Position numbers and translations under genes: made by a program. The notes under the pieces are model-generated. The model was not told the DNA's origin, ran no database searches, and saw only the letters and a list, made by a program, of their open reading frames with translations. This document shows, one piece after another, positions 1 to 8,700 of a stretch of 33,589 bases of DNA; positions within the stretch are counted from its first letter, which is position 1; each line of letters begins with the position of its first letter. Source of the DNA: Candidatus Thalassarchaeaceae archaeon (GTDB taxonomy: Archaea; Thermoplasmatota; Poseidoniia; Poseidoniales; Thalassarchaeaceae); the NCBI GenBank assembly GCA_963582685.1, contig CAUZSM010000002.1:1-33589 (forward strand), written 5' to 3'.

Positions 1-357
1 TCCATGGTAGTAGACCTGGCTCTGCAAACGCCGGCTCAGCACGTGCTCGACGTTAATCTGTAGAACATCATCGAGTAGTGCACCTTCTCCAAGTAGGCCA
101 CGGTTGACCAACGAAGCAAGCAAGTCGCTCTTCTCGCGGGCGAAGTGACCCTCGGTAGTATCACCTCTACCGATGAGTTTCATAGCATTCTGTCGCCAAC
201 GTCGCAACTTTGACTTTGACTTCCAGATTTCCTTCATGCCACCAACCTTCTTCAGGCCAAACTGCTCTTTGAGTGCGTGTTCTTCCTCAATCCTACCCTT
301 TTTCCAAGGGTGCGCGGGAGTGTCATAACTAGGCCGTGAAAATTTTGGATGTCCCAT
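1..357 (-). CDS. rps4: 30S ribosomal protein uS4 (archaeal S4), 3'-truncated by the window edge
   Basis: My translation of the reverse complement from ATG at 357 gives MGHPKFSRPSYDTPAHPWKKGRIEEEHALKEQFGLKKVGGMKEIWKSKSKLRRWRQNAM..., with no stop to position 1. This matches the archaeal S4 N-terminus (MG.PK...Y.TP.HPW). It lies 10 nt downstream of S13 with a GGTGA SD-like spacer, the canonical S13-S4 gene order. Confidence 0.85.
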   Translation of the reverse strand, partial: MGHPKFSRPSYDTPAHPWKKGRIEEEHALKEQFGLKKVGGMKEIWKSKSKLRRWRQNAMKLIGRGDTTEGHFAREKSDLLASLVNRGLLGEGALLDDVLQINVEHVLSRRLQSQVYYHG

Positions 358-367
358 TCATCTCACC

Positions 368-835
368 TCAATTCTTGCGTTGGACACCTAGCGTCAAGCC
401 CGATCGTCCATTGCTTCTCGTTCTCTGTCCTCGAACTCGCTTGTTCGATGCGTGGCGAACACCACGGTATGCCTTCGAGGCACGCAGTCGTGCAATATCG
501 TCACTCTTCACCATCTTCACATCGTTGGAGAATAGATGCAATTCGTCTCCTGTGTCAAGGTCGCGCTGGCGATTCAGCATCCACAGCGGGACTCTGGTTG
601 CGTATTCCTCGATAGTATCCTTGAGAGTTTGCTGCTCCTTGTCAGTGAGATGACCAGCCATCTTGCTCGCATCAATGCCAGCAATTTCACACATGGCTTG
701 AGCAGTTCGAATGCCCACGCCCTTCACACTGGTCAATCCCATGCCAATCGGCCGCAGACCGTCGACATCACTGTCAGCAAGCCTGATGATGTAATTGAAA
801 TCATCACCGAGCTCGGTTTCGTCAATCTTTGCCAT
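368..835 (-). CDS. rps13: 30S ribosomal protein uS13 (archaeal S13)
   Basis: 155-aa ORF. The motifs IIRLADSDVDGLRPIGMGLTSVKGVGIRTA and YRGVRHASNKRVRGQRTRSNGR are typical of S13. GGAGG lies 8 nt upstream of the ATG. Confidence 0.9.
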   Translation of the reverse strand: MAKIDETELGDDFNYIIRLADSDVDGLRPIGMGLTSVKGVGIRTAQAMCEIAGIDASKMAGHLTDKEQQTLKDTIEEYATRVPLWMLNRQRDLDTGDELHLFSNDVKMVKSDDIARLRASKAYRGVRHASNKRVRGQRTRSNGRSGLTLGVQRKN

Positions 836-901
836 TATTGGGTCCTCCCCTGTTCATCGGTTGCCCGATGGCCCCTTTTGAGGCGTCTCGCCGACTCGGC
901 C

Positions 902-913
902 CCCCTATTTGAA
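902..913 (-). promoter_or_regulatory. TTCAAATAGGGG motif (minus strand), candidate TATA-type promoter element of the S13-S4 operon
   Basis: The plus strand reads CCCCTATTTGAA, 66 nt upstream of the S13 ATG. The identical 12-mer occurs upstream of the CBS gene (14620-14631), and a 9-mer core occurs at 30965-30973. Confidence 0.35.
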
Positions 914-933
914 CGACACTGTGTCGATTAGAA

Positions 934-949
934 TGCCCCCTAGGGGGCA
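934..949. repeat. Perfect 16-nt palindrome TGCCCCCTAGGGGGCA (possible terminator hairpin or operator)
   Basis: Read directly from the sequence. It lies 17 nt downstream of the methyltransferase stop codon (966). A second palindrome, CGACAC-T-GTGTCG, sits at 914-926. Confidence 0.4.
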
Positions 950-965
950 ATAGGTCAGAATAGGC

Positions 966-2294
966 TCAGGGAATTCTGCACAGAAGGTGTTGGAGCGGTA
1001 CAGAATCTGTCTCGACGAGGAATCCTCGCGACTCGTCATCAGATTCGGTGTTCAACCTTCGTATCGCTCTATCGATAGCAGATTGCATCTTGGGCTGCAA
1101 CTCTGGATTCATGCTGCATCGGAGATGCAGAGAGGTGAGGCCAGCATCTATCGCCTCCTCGGCAAGGCCCTGTGCGGTGGCTGCAATTGCATCTTGGTCT
1201 ACGATATGCCAATCAGTGAAAGCAAGGCAGACCACTTCACCGCTGATGGAGCAGAAGGCTGCTGCTATCTCGTCTTCTTCCAGTTGTGTATCGGTGAGTA
1301 ACAACGGCCTGCGACCTTCGCAACGCAGCCATTCACGCTTTGAGTCGGGAGCAATAGCAGTATCCAGCCATTCAGAAGCAAGGCCGCTGCCGAGTAATGC
1401 CGGGTCGACCAAGGTCACCCAATCACCAATACTAACCTCTGCATTCACCGATTCCTCAGTGTCTGTCGTATCTCCTTTCAATGTCACGAGGTGACCATCT
1501 TTTCGCAGCCTTACCAAACGAGTCGGGGATGTTGATGCAACTGGGCCAACCCACAATGAAAGACGGTCAATCCTACCACGGCCTTGAGTGAGCCATTGCC
1601 AAGTTCGGGCTGCTTTTGGCCATAGGCTATCGATGATGTCCTCAATCTCAGAGCGCTGTTGATTTGAGAGGCGTGGAGAGAGGTCCAGAATCAGCGCGGG
1701 TATTTCCCCATCCACAGATAGATATGGAGCCCAAGCCTTCAGCAACAAGTCGAGTCTTGGCTGCATTTCATCCAGAGTATGTCGCTGTGCATCAACCGGT
1801 CTCTCAGGATCGACATGGAATAGAGAAATGCGAAAATCTTCCTCTCCAGTAGAGGCCCGGTAAGCCTCCATCACACCATCAGCATCGAGACCATTTCCCC
1901 ACAACACTCTGCTGCTACTTCCCCATGCTCCAGCCCCATCATCATCCTCATCAGTCCACTCGGCACATCGCGCCAGATTGACTGCGGCAAGGGGCGCAGC
2001 AGCACCATCCAACTCGACACCAATGCCTGCTGCTTCCAACTCGCAGCACAGCGCAACCAATTGAGTCGCACTGCCACAAGCAGGGTCTAGAATCACTCCG
2101 GGGGATAACTTGCAATCAGCGAGTAGACGTGCGCGGGCAGCAGCAACCGCCCAGGGAGTCGCAAGTCGGCGCATCTCAGCAGTCGCATGCAGTGGAGGGT
2201 TTCGCGATGATGAAGCGGCAGGAGCAACTGATTGAGCAAATGCCCGTGCATTCTCATCAGCCGCCAACACGACCGGCCCTATCGGCGATGCCAT
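966..2294 (-). CDS. Class I SAM-dependent methyltransferase (possible RNA methyltransferase with a THUMP-like C-terminal region)
   Basis: SAM motif I VILDPACGSATQLV is followed by GVELD. The listed ORF runs to 2636, but its first 114 codons overlap the divergent gene and look non-protein-like. I therefore start at ATG 2292-2294 (MASPIGPVV...). The start is uncertain; 2324 is an alternative. Confidence 0.6.
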   Translation of the reverse strand: MASPIGPVVLAADENARAFAQSVAPAASSSRNPPLHATAEMRRLATPWAVAAARARLLADCKLSPGVILDPACGSATQLVALCCELEAAGIGVELDGAAAPLAAVNLARCAEWTDEDDDGAGAWGSSSRVLWGNGLDADGVMEAYRASTGEEDFRISLFHVDPERPVDAQRHTLDEMQPRLDLLLKAWAPYLSVDGEIPALILDLSPRLSNQQRSEIEDIIDSLWPKAARTWQWLTQGRGRIDRLSLWVGPVASTSPTRLVRLRKDGHLVTLKGDTTDTEESVNAEVSIGDWVTLVDPALLGSGLASEWLDTAIAPDSKREWLRCEGRRPLLLTDTQLEEDEIAAAFCSISGEVVCLAFTDWHIVDQDAIAATAQGLAEEAIDAGLTSLHLRCSMNPELQPKMQSAIDRAIRRLNTESDDESRGFLVETDSVPLQHLLCRIP

Positions 2295-2402
2295 CTCCTC
2301 ACCCAATCCACAGATGAGGCACATAGCAATCTCATTTTCTATGTCAAGATATGCGAAATAGCAAGGCGATACACTCATCCTCTCAAAACACATCCGGGAT
2401 TT

Positions 2403-4706
2403 ATGCGCAGTCGTATACAGGTCATTATTACCTTGATACTCATCGTTTCCATGCTGCCCCCTTTGGCGCATGCAGGTGGGGCACGATGGAATACAGGTGA
2501 CTTGGAAATCAGCCCCTCCATAGCCATCCCCGGAGAAATAGTCGAAATTAGAATTGAGGCACTTGATGCTGAGGAGAAATACGAGGTCTGGGTCGAAGAT
2601 TCCGAAGGGCAGTATCGTTTTGAGAGGCACAATCAAACAACAAATAATGAGGTGCTGGTCTACGAATGGACTGTTTCTCCCAACATCCCCACTGGTGAGT
2701 ATTCGCTTTGCTTGGGGGTATGGGATACTGATTGGTGGGATGATGAATACATCGCAACTGAGGGGTGTGATTCTTTCTGGGTTATGTCACGCAAAGTCAT
2801 CACTGAATCTCCTCACGAAGCTGTTCTCCCCGGTTCAACAGTTATTGTCAACGGTGCTATCACCCATCCGTGGACAAATGAACCGATATTCGCAGACCGT
2901 GTTGAATATCTCGCAGAATACTTCATCGATGAAGATGGGTGGATTGATTACCGCACTCAAACCGGGACATTGAACGCAATCACCGGCACCTTTTCCTTCC
3001 AATTCGACATACCCCTCAATGTTCCTCAAGGAGATTGGTTGTATTCGGATATTGTAATCACAGTCTGGGCCAATGGAAGTAGTGGTCAGCAGTCTGACAG
3101 CACCACTCTAGTCGTTGAATGTGGCTCATTTTCTTTTGAATGGATTTCTGTGGGCAGTACGCTGCTTCAACCAGGAATTCCAGTGTTGCTCGAAGCGCGC
3201 GCACTAGTCGATGGCTATTGGGAATGGGCTCCGATGGAAAACCAAACTGCATCACTTTCAATCTGGCAAGACGACATCAAGAGGCCAATTGTTGTCGGGT
3301 TGGACAGTGGGGCGCGGGGCAGAATACAATTCATGCTAGACATCGGGGATTTGCAAGGCCTTCACTCCGGTTCCGCAATCCTTGAACTACAAGGCTCCTC
3401 ACCCGTGGATGGCTCTCCGGTGACATCTAACACTACAGTATTCCTTCTACTCGACGATGATGCAATCGGACAGGGAATCAACGTCAATCTGCGGGAAAAT
3501 GGAGGTCCGTGGAATCCGGGAGATTCCGCAAAAATTGACGTTCTCGTTACTGACGATGCGGACCAACCTCTTCCGTATGCTTGGTTTTACTGGACTACAT
3601 CAGATACCGATGATGATGATATAATGAATGAGGGCCTGATAACATCCGACATCCGTCTGTCTCAGGTAGATGTGAATGGAAAAGCACAATTGATTATTCA
3701 AATCTCTGATACCCATCGACCCAGTATTCAGGATATGCACGTAAGAATCACTGCCAGCAACTCAACCGGCTGGCTTGACTCGGACTCCATCACTCTGAAT
3801 ATCGAGGAGCCGGGGGCCAATATTGCTACAGACAGTATTGTTTTCTCACCAGATGATGATATACTCTGTTCCCTGATATCATGGGGATTGGAAGGCAACA
3901 TAGTATGGATCTGGCAATCATCAGATGGGCAATCTGGTGTCGTTGAGGGCACCGATTCAAGCATCGCATTCAGCGTCCAAATTCCCGATGCCCATGATGA
4001 ATATACTTGGCAAATAAGCGTCGAAGTGATTGATGAAGGTGGAAGGCAAGTCAGTGATTCAGTGACTCTACAGCGCAGGCAAGGCCACACCATTGAGGTG
4101 GACTTGCCATGGAGCACTCCAAAGGCTGGAGAAGTGATTGATGTCGAGTATCAGTTACATTCACTTGAACCGGATGGACGTCTGGATTTGCCAATGAGTT
4201 GGTATTCTGGTATCGCAGGTGATGAGGAGAACACAAGGGAAGGTATCGTGACCAGTGCGAGTGGCACTATTCCATTGGCGCTGCCAGAGGACCTTAGCAG
4301 TGGTAATTACCTCGCTGTAATTCAGATTGGAGGGGCATCGAGCTATTTGGTCGTGGAAATCGCGGATGAAGAGAGTCTCGGTGCTGCTAACCTAGCAGGT
4401 GATGTCGCAGGAGCAGCCAACCCAACCCTCACTATTCTCGCCCTAATTATCGCCGTCGTGGCCATGATTATCTCACTGCGTAGGAAAGGGGGTAGTGATT
4501 CACTCGGAATAGTCGGGAACGAGGCGCCGGATACACCAGAGGAGCCTGTTACCAACACACTTCCACCACCTTCAATGGCACCAGTTCCGCCTGCTGCCGC
4601 CCCAAATCCGGCAGCCCCACCTCCCGCTACTACAGGGATGCCACAGCCATCGATAGAGCAGATGGCACAGGGAAGCGGTGGCACCCAACAATTCCCACCG
4701 CAGTGA
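2403..4706 (+). CDS. Large acidic secreted/surface protein, type I membrane-anchored, with a Pro-rich cytoplasmic tail
   Basis: Start chosen at ATG 2403, giving a signal-peptide-like MRSRIQVIITLILIVSMLPPLAHAGG. The body is long, D/E/T/S-rich and beta-type. A C-terminal TM helix (LTILALIIAVVAMIISL) is followed by RRKGG and a tail of about 75 aa rich in P and A. No family recognised. Confidence 0.6.
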   Translation: MRSRIQVIITLILIVSMLPPLAHAGGARWNTGDLEISPSIAIPGEIVEIRIEALDAEEKYEVWVEDSEGQYRFERHNQTTNNEVLVYEWTVSPNIPTGEYSLCLGVWDTDWWDDEYIATEGCDSFWVMSRKVITESPHEAVLPGSTVIVNGAITHPWTNEPIFADRVEYLAEYFIDEDGWIDYRTQTGTLNAITGTFSFQFDIPLNVPQGDWLYSDIVITVWANGSSGQQSDSTTLVVECGSFSFEWISVGSTLLQPGIPVLLEARALVDGYWEWAPMENQTASLSIWQDDIKRPIVVGLDSGARGRIQFMLDIGDLQGLHSGSAILELQGSSPVDGSPVTSNTTVFLLLDDDAIGQGINVNLRENGGPWNPGDSAKIDVLVTDDADQPLPYAWFYWTTSDTDDDDIMNEGLITSDIRLSQVDVNGKAQLIIQISDTHRPSIQDMHVRITASNSTGWLDSDSITLNIEEPGANIATDSIVFSPDDDILCSLISWGLEGNIVWIWQSSDGQSGVVEGTDSSIAFSVQIPDAHDEYTWQISVEVIDEGGRQVSDSVTLQRRQGHTIEVDLPWSTPKAGEVIDVEYQLHSLEPDGRLDLPMSWYSGIAGDEENTREGIVTSASGTIPLALPEDLSSGNYLAVIQIGGASSYLVVEIADEESLGAANLAGDVAGAANPTLTILALIIAVVAMIISLRRKGGSDSLGIVGNEAPDTPEEPVTNTLPPPSMAPVPPAAAPNPAAPPPATTGMPQPSIEQMAQGSGGTQQFPPQ

Positions 4707-4712
4707 TAGAGC

Positions 4713-5654
4713 CTAGATGAGCATCTGCTCAAGTTCCAACTCAAAACGGAGCCAGGATTCCTGTAGAACGTGGCCATCACGGTCACCGTACGCGAGTTCA
4801 GGTGGCAGTAGAACAGTGTGAGTGGTGCAGGAAACAGCGCAAGTTGCAGAATCAAGCAAATCAGCATCCAAACCAACCAAGCCCCAACCGAATCCCTCGA
4901 TATATCGGGGGTCATTTCCGGCGGTAGCAGGCAATGTCCCAGAATCTAGTTCCTCGTCTGTGTCAGCGTCCCAAACTGTGTATTGAACTAACAGATTCTG
5001 AGAGCGGGTGTGACGATCCTTTTCTCCACCGTCAGCAAACAAACTGATTTCCATTTCCACCTGTGCACTCGGTAGAGAAACATGTGATGCTGTTACTGTG
5101 AAGGTAATATCCTCAGCAGCGGATTCCAAAAGAAGTGGTAGGACAATTGCATCCTTGCCTTCTATCTGCACCACCGTGGTATTGCCATCTCCATCAATGC
5201 TCACCGCGTCGGTGTTGAGTTGAATTGTGAGAGGAAGGCTCTCATTACCGATATTGTTGATTGCAATAGTGGCGTAGTCGCCTTGACCCTGATGTGGCCA
5301 ATTGCATTGAACCTCTCCCGGCAGCCAGAATACCTCATCCTGTGCTGACAAATTATCTGGCCACACCCATTCTCCACTACGCGGTTCGCAGTCATCGAGC
5401 AACATGGTTACCTCCCATGTCCACCGACCGTCCTGTTTGAGGTCGTTCTCATCAACCGTAGCATAGGCATCCTCGAACTGATTTAGGAAGGACATGGCAG
5501 CGATTGCAATCCATCCCATGCTGAGCAGTAGCACGGCCAATGTCACGACAGACGCAATAATCGCAAGGCGTGGGACGGCCATTTCATTGAGGCCAAGAGG
5601 AATCACTGGGTGCTCCTCGGCCTCTGGCCTGTCCTTTATCCAAGAGCCGCTCAC
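4713..5654 (-). CDS. Hypothetical N-terminally membrane-anchored protein
   Basis: 313-aa ORF with a GTG start and one N-terminal TM helix (LAIIASVVTLAVLLLSMGWIAIAAM), followed by an acidic extracytoplasmic domain. It lies 53 nt downstream of the giant membrane gene on the same strand. Confidence 0.55.
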   Translation of the reverse strand: MSGSWIKDRPEAEEHPVIPLGLNEMAVPRLAIIASVVTLAVLLLSMGWIAIAAMSFLNQFEDAYATVDENDLKQDGRWTWEVTMLLDDCEPRSGEWVWPDNLSAQDEVFWLPGEVQCNWPHQGQGDYATIAINNIGNESLPLTIQLNTDAVSIDGDGNTTVVQIEGKDAIVLPLLLESAAEDITFTVTASHVSLPSAQVEMEISLFADGGEKDRHTRSQNLLVQYTVWDADTDEELDSGTLPATAGNDPRYIEGFGWGLVGLDADLLDSATCAVSCTTHTVLLPPELAYGDRDGHVLQESWLRFELELEQMLI

Positions 5655-5707
5655 AACGTTTTTGCGTCACTGCTCAGCCATCAACGTTCGCCTAATACGC
5701 CTGTGCG

Positions 5708-8700
5708 TCAATCTTGGCCCATCTGCTCCTGATGACGAGTACCAAGCCAAGCAACTACGCCTAGAACAACACCGAATGAGAGTAGCATGAGCAGCAGCAT
5801 TTGCGGGTCGAGTATGGAGCCCTGTAGAACGAGAATCCAGGCTAGCACTGAAAGGCCAAGATCGAAGGCGCCAAAAACTCTCATTCCTCGGCGTAACTGT
5901 AGTATTCCGCCAACCCAAGTGGTTAGAGAAAGAACTAGGATGCTGAGAATCAGCCAACCGGAGAATCCAGTGAGGATGAATACAGCGAATGGCAGCAGAA
6001 GGTGGGCATTCCACATCCATGCCGTAGTCCAATGAGGTTTAGACAAAGCGATGGTGAGAATGTGTGCTGCCACCATCGATACCGCTACCGCTAGGATAAT
6101 CCAACCCATCGTGGCGAGGCGCATCAATAAGTCGTCATTTGCAACTTCTAGCCAATTTGTGAAAGCGAGTAATGAGGCGAGAACGACATTAACGCCGATT
6201 GCAGCAGCCGCTGGTTGCTTCCACTGGAATGAGCGACGAAGGCACAGGGCACCTGCGAGCAATCCGGCAGGTCCCGTGGAGAGTAGAACCACGCTGAGAG
6301 CCCATGCTCCGCGCCCGGCAGCACCCCTGTGGTCAGGCATTCCTCGCTTGCGCCTCGCACCCTCTATCCAATCCCATACCAATACAAGACCCAACAACAG
6401 GAACTCAAGGTAAAGCCATGGAATGGTCCATTCAACCATGGATAGAGACATTCCGCCCGCAGTAGAGGCCGCAAGTGGGTCTACGGACAACGGCATTGGT
6501 GCTGCACCATACAGAACCGCTCCGAGTAAACGAGTCATTAACAGCACAAGAACGACTGCTTCCAATGCTGAAGGAATCCGCCATGCAAGGTCATGTCTTC
6601 CAGTTAGGGAAACCCCGACTAGAACAATCAAGGCGGATGAGAGCACTATGAGGTCTAACTGATTCCAAGGCGAGCCAAGAGGACCAAGGTGCCCGGCAAG
6701 ATAGATGAAGCCGAGCGCAATCATCGTGACTGCAAACGGCATCTCAATTCCGAAAAGGTCTGGAAGACTCAACTGGACAGCCTTGGCTCTCCATCGAGAC
6801 ACGAAGGTCAGTGCTAACGCGAATATGCTGGTGATTAGCAGCACTCCAGCAGCAACAGCAGAGAGTGTGAAGGCGGCAAAAGTAGCTGCGAGTGCTGTGA
6901 CAATAATGAACGAGAGTACAATGAGCGGCTTGTGGTGAATGTCTCCTACTAACAAATCGAGGTGCTCGTCACCCCCGTGTGCGCCCGCGCGCCTACGTCG
7001 CTTGCGTTGCTTGTCAAGCAAGCCATACAATTGCGCATCGGACATCTTCACCTGCCCTATCGACACCGCCTGTGAGATTGCCCTGACTGTCTCACCAGTG
7101 GTGTCAGCAGATGCCAAACTAGCCAATGTCTCATCTGCGAAGTGGTAAACACGACCCTGTATTCTTTGGTCAAGCGCTGCACCTTCCTCCACTGTGCCAA
7201 GTGCTGCCTGACTACGATTCGCTGCGCTGCGCTGCGCTGCCGTCATCGATAATGCAGCACCTTCACCGGAATCTGATGGGGCGGTGGTGCTCATCTCCAG
7301 CAAGCCTGCTACCGTAGGGTCCAATTCACTGAAATCTCCACTGGACAGTGCTGCGACCATCTGCTGGCGGCGTTGAATTGCAGCAATTCGCTCGTCTCTC
7401 TTGCCTATCTGGCTCAGGCTGTGACGAATCTCGCCCTGAGCAGCAAGCCAAAGTCCGCTTCCTACGAATAAGACCAGTGAAATGCCTGAAGCACTCCAAT
7501 GTGACTCATCACTCCATGAGGCCCAGATTGTAATTGTCAACAGAGCAAGGGTGGCCACCGCAGGTCGAAGCAAGTCCTTCAGCCGACTAGCAATTGGTAG
7601 GTAGAAAGCGAGTATGGCTGCTGTACAAGCGAGTACAACGAACCCGGTCTGAAGTCGGTTAAGTGGTTCCGGTTCCACCAATGAATTCACAGTGAATCTG
7701 TCAAGCGCAAATAGAGCAATCTGCATACCGAGCAAAGTCATGCCGAGAGATAAAATCGGGCCTGAATCCTCTCTTTCTCGAGTGAGAATGATTGCCATTG
7801 ATGCGGCGGTGAGAATTAGCATCCATATCGCGTCTAATCCACCCTTCCATTGCAGAATCGCGAATGTGATAGCAAGCAGAATCAAGATGGTACGCGGATT
7901 TCCCTGATGCTTGCCCTGTACTTCAGCAACCACATGCACTAATGCCAGCGCACCTAAACCTGCTATTACACCCCAGCCGTTCGCCTCTCCAGGTACTGAA
8001 TTGGCTAACCAGACAATCAAGCCGGAGAGCAACCCAAGATTCCACAAACGCATCATGCCCGAATCGCGAAGTCTGGCACTGAGTTCTGTGGCTCCAATCA
8101 ACCGGCCAGCAAGATTGACACCGGTCTCTCCGAGTCGGATGTTGATTGGGTATTGCAGTAGTGCTGAAAAAATCAGGAATAGCGCAATTGCAGTCTCATC
8201 GAGCATGATGACCTGCAATGAGTCGACGTCAATGCCACGCGCTGACGAAAAAGCGCCCATTGTGGTGAACCAGAAGCGATGAATCAGCATCCATGCCCAT
8301 GGTGCAAGTATGGTCACTCCCGCAAGGCTTGGAGATTTTCTGCGAATAGCAAGGAATGCGGTTGCAATCTGCAGGGCTGCAAGCGATGACAGTAGCAGAA
8401 CCCCTTCATCGCCACCATCAGAAGCAGACCGTGCTGGAATCAGGATGGTCAGCAGAATGATGATGACAACAGTTCCCAACCACAGTACCCTATCCGTGAC
8501 ACTTTCCTGGTCTCGCAGTAGAACGAACGCGGTCAATACCGCTGCGAGAACTGTGAATAATTCATAGCCGGAAAGTGGGATGGGTGAGGTGGTCCAGAGT
8601 TCTTGTCCAAGCAACACGATAAGCAGAACAGGTAGGGATGCAAGCAGCGGTTTGATGACACGGGCAGCAGACACTCCACGCACCACTAGATACGAGCCTC

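Noticed and set aside
966-2636. Full 556-aa version of the methyltransferase ORF
   Set aside because: The first 114 codons overlap the divergent surface protein gene and its promoter region. They are Cys/Phe-rich with no methyltransferase homology. An internal ATG at 2294 leaves a sensible 108-bp AT-rich divergent spacer.
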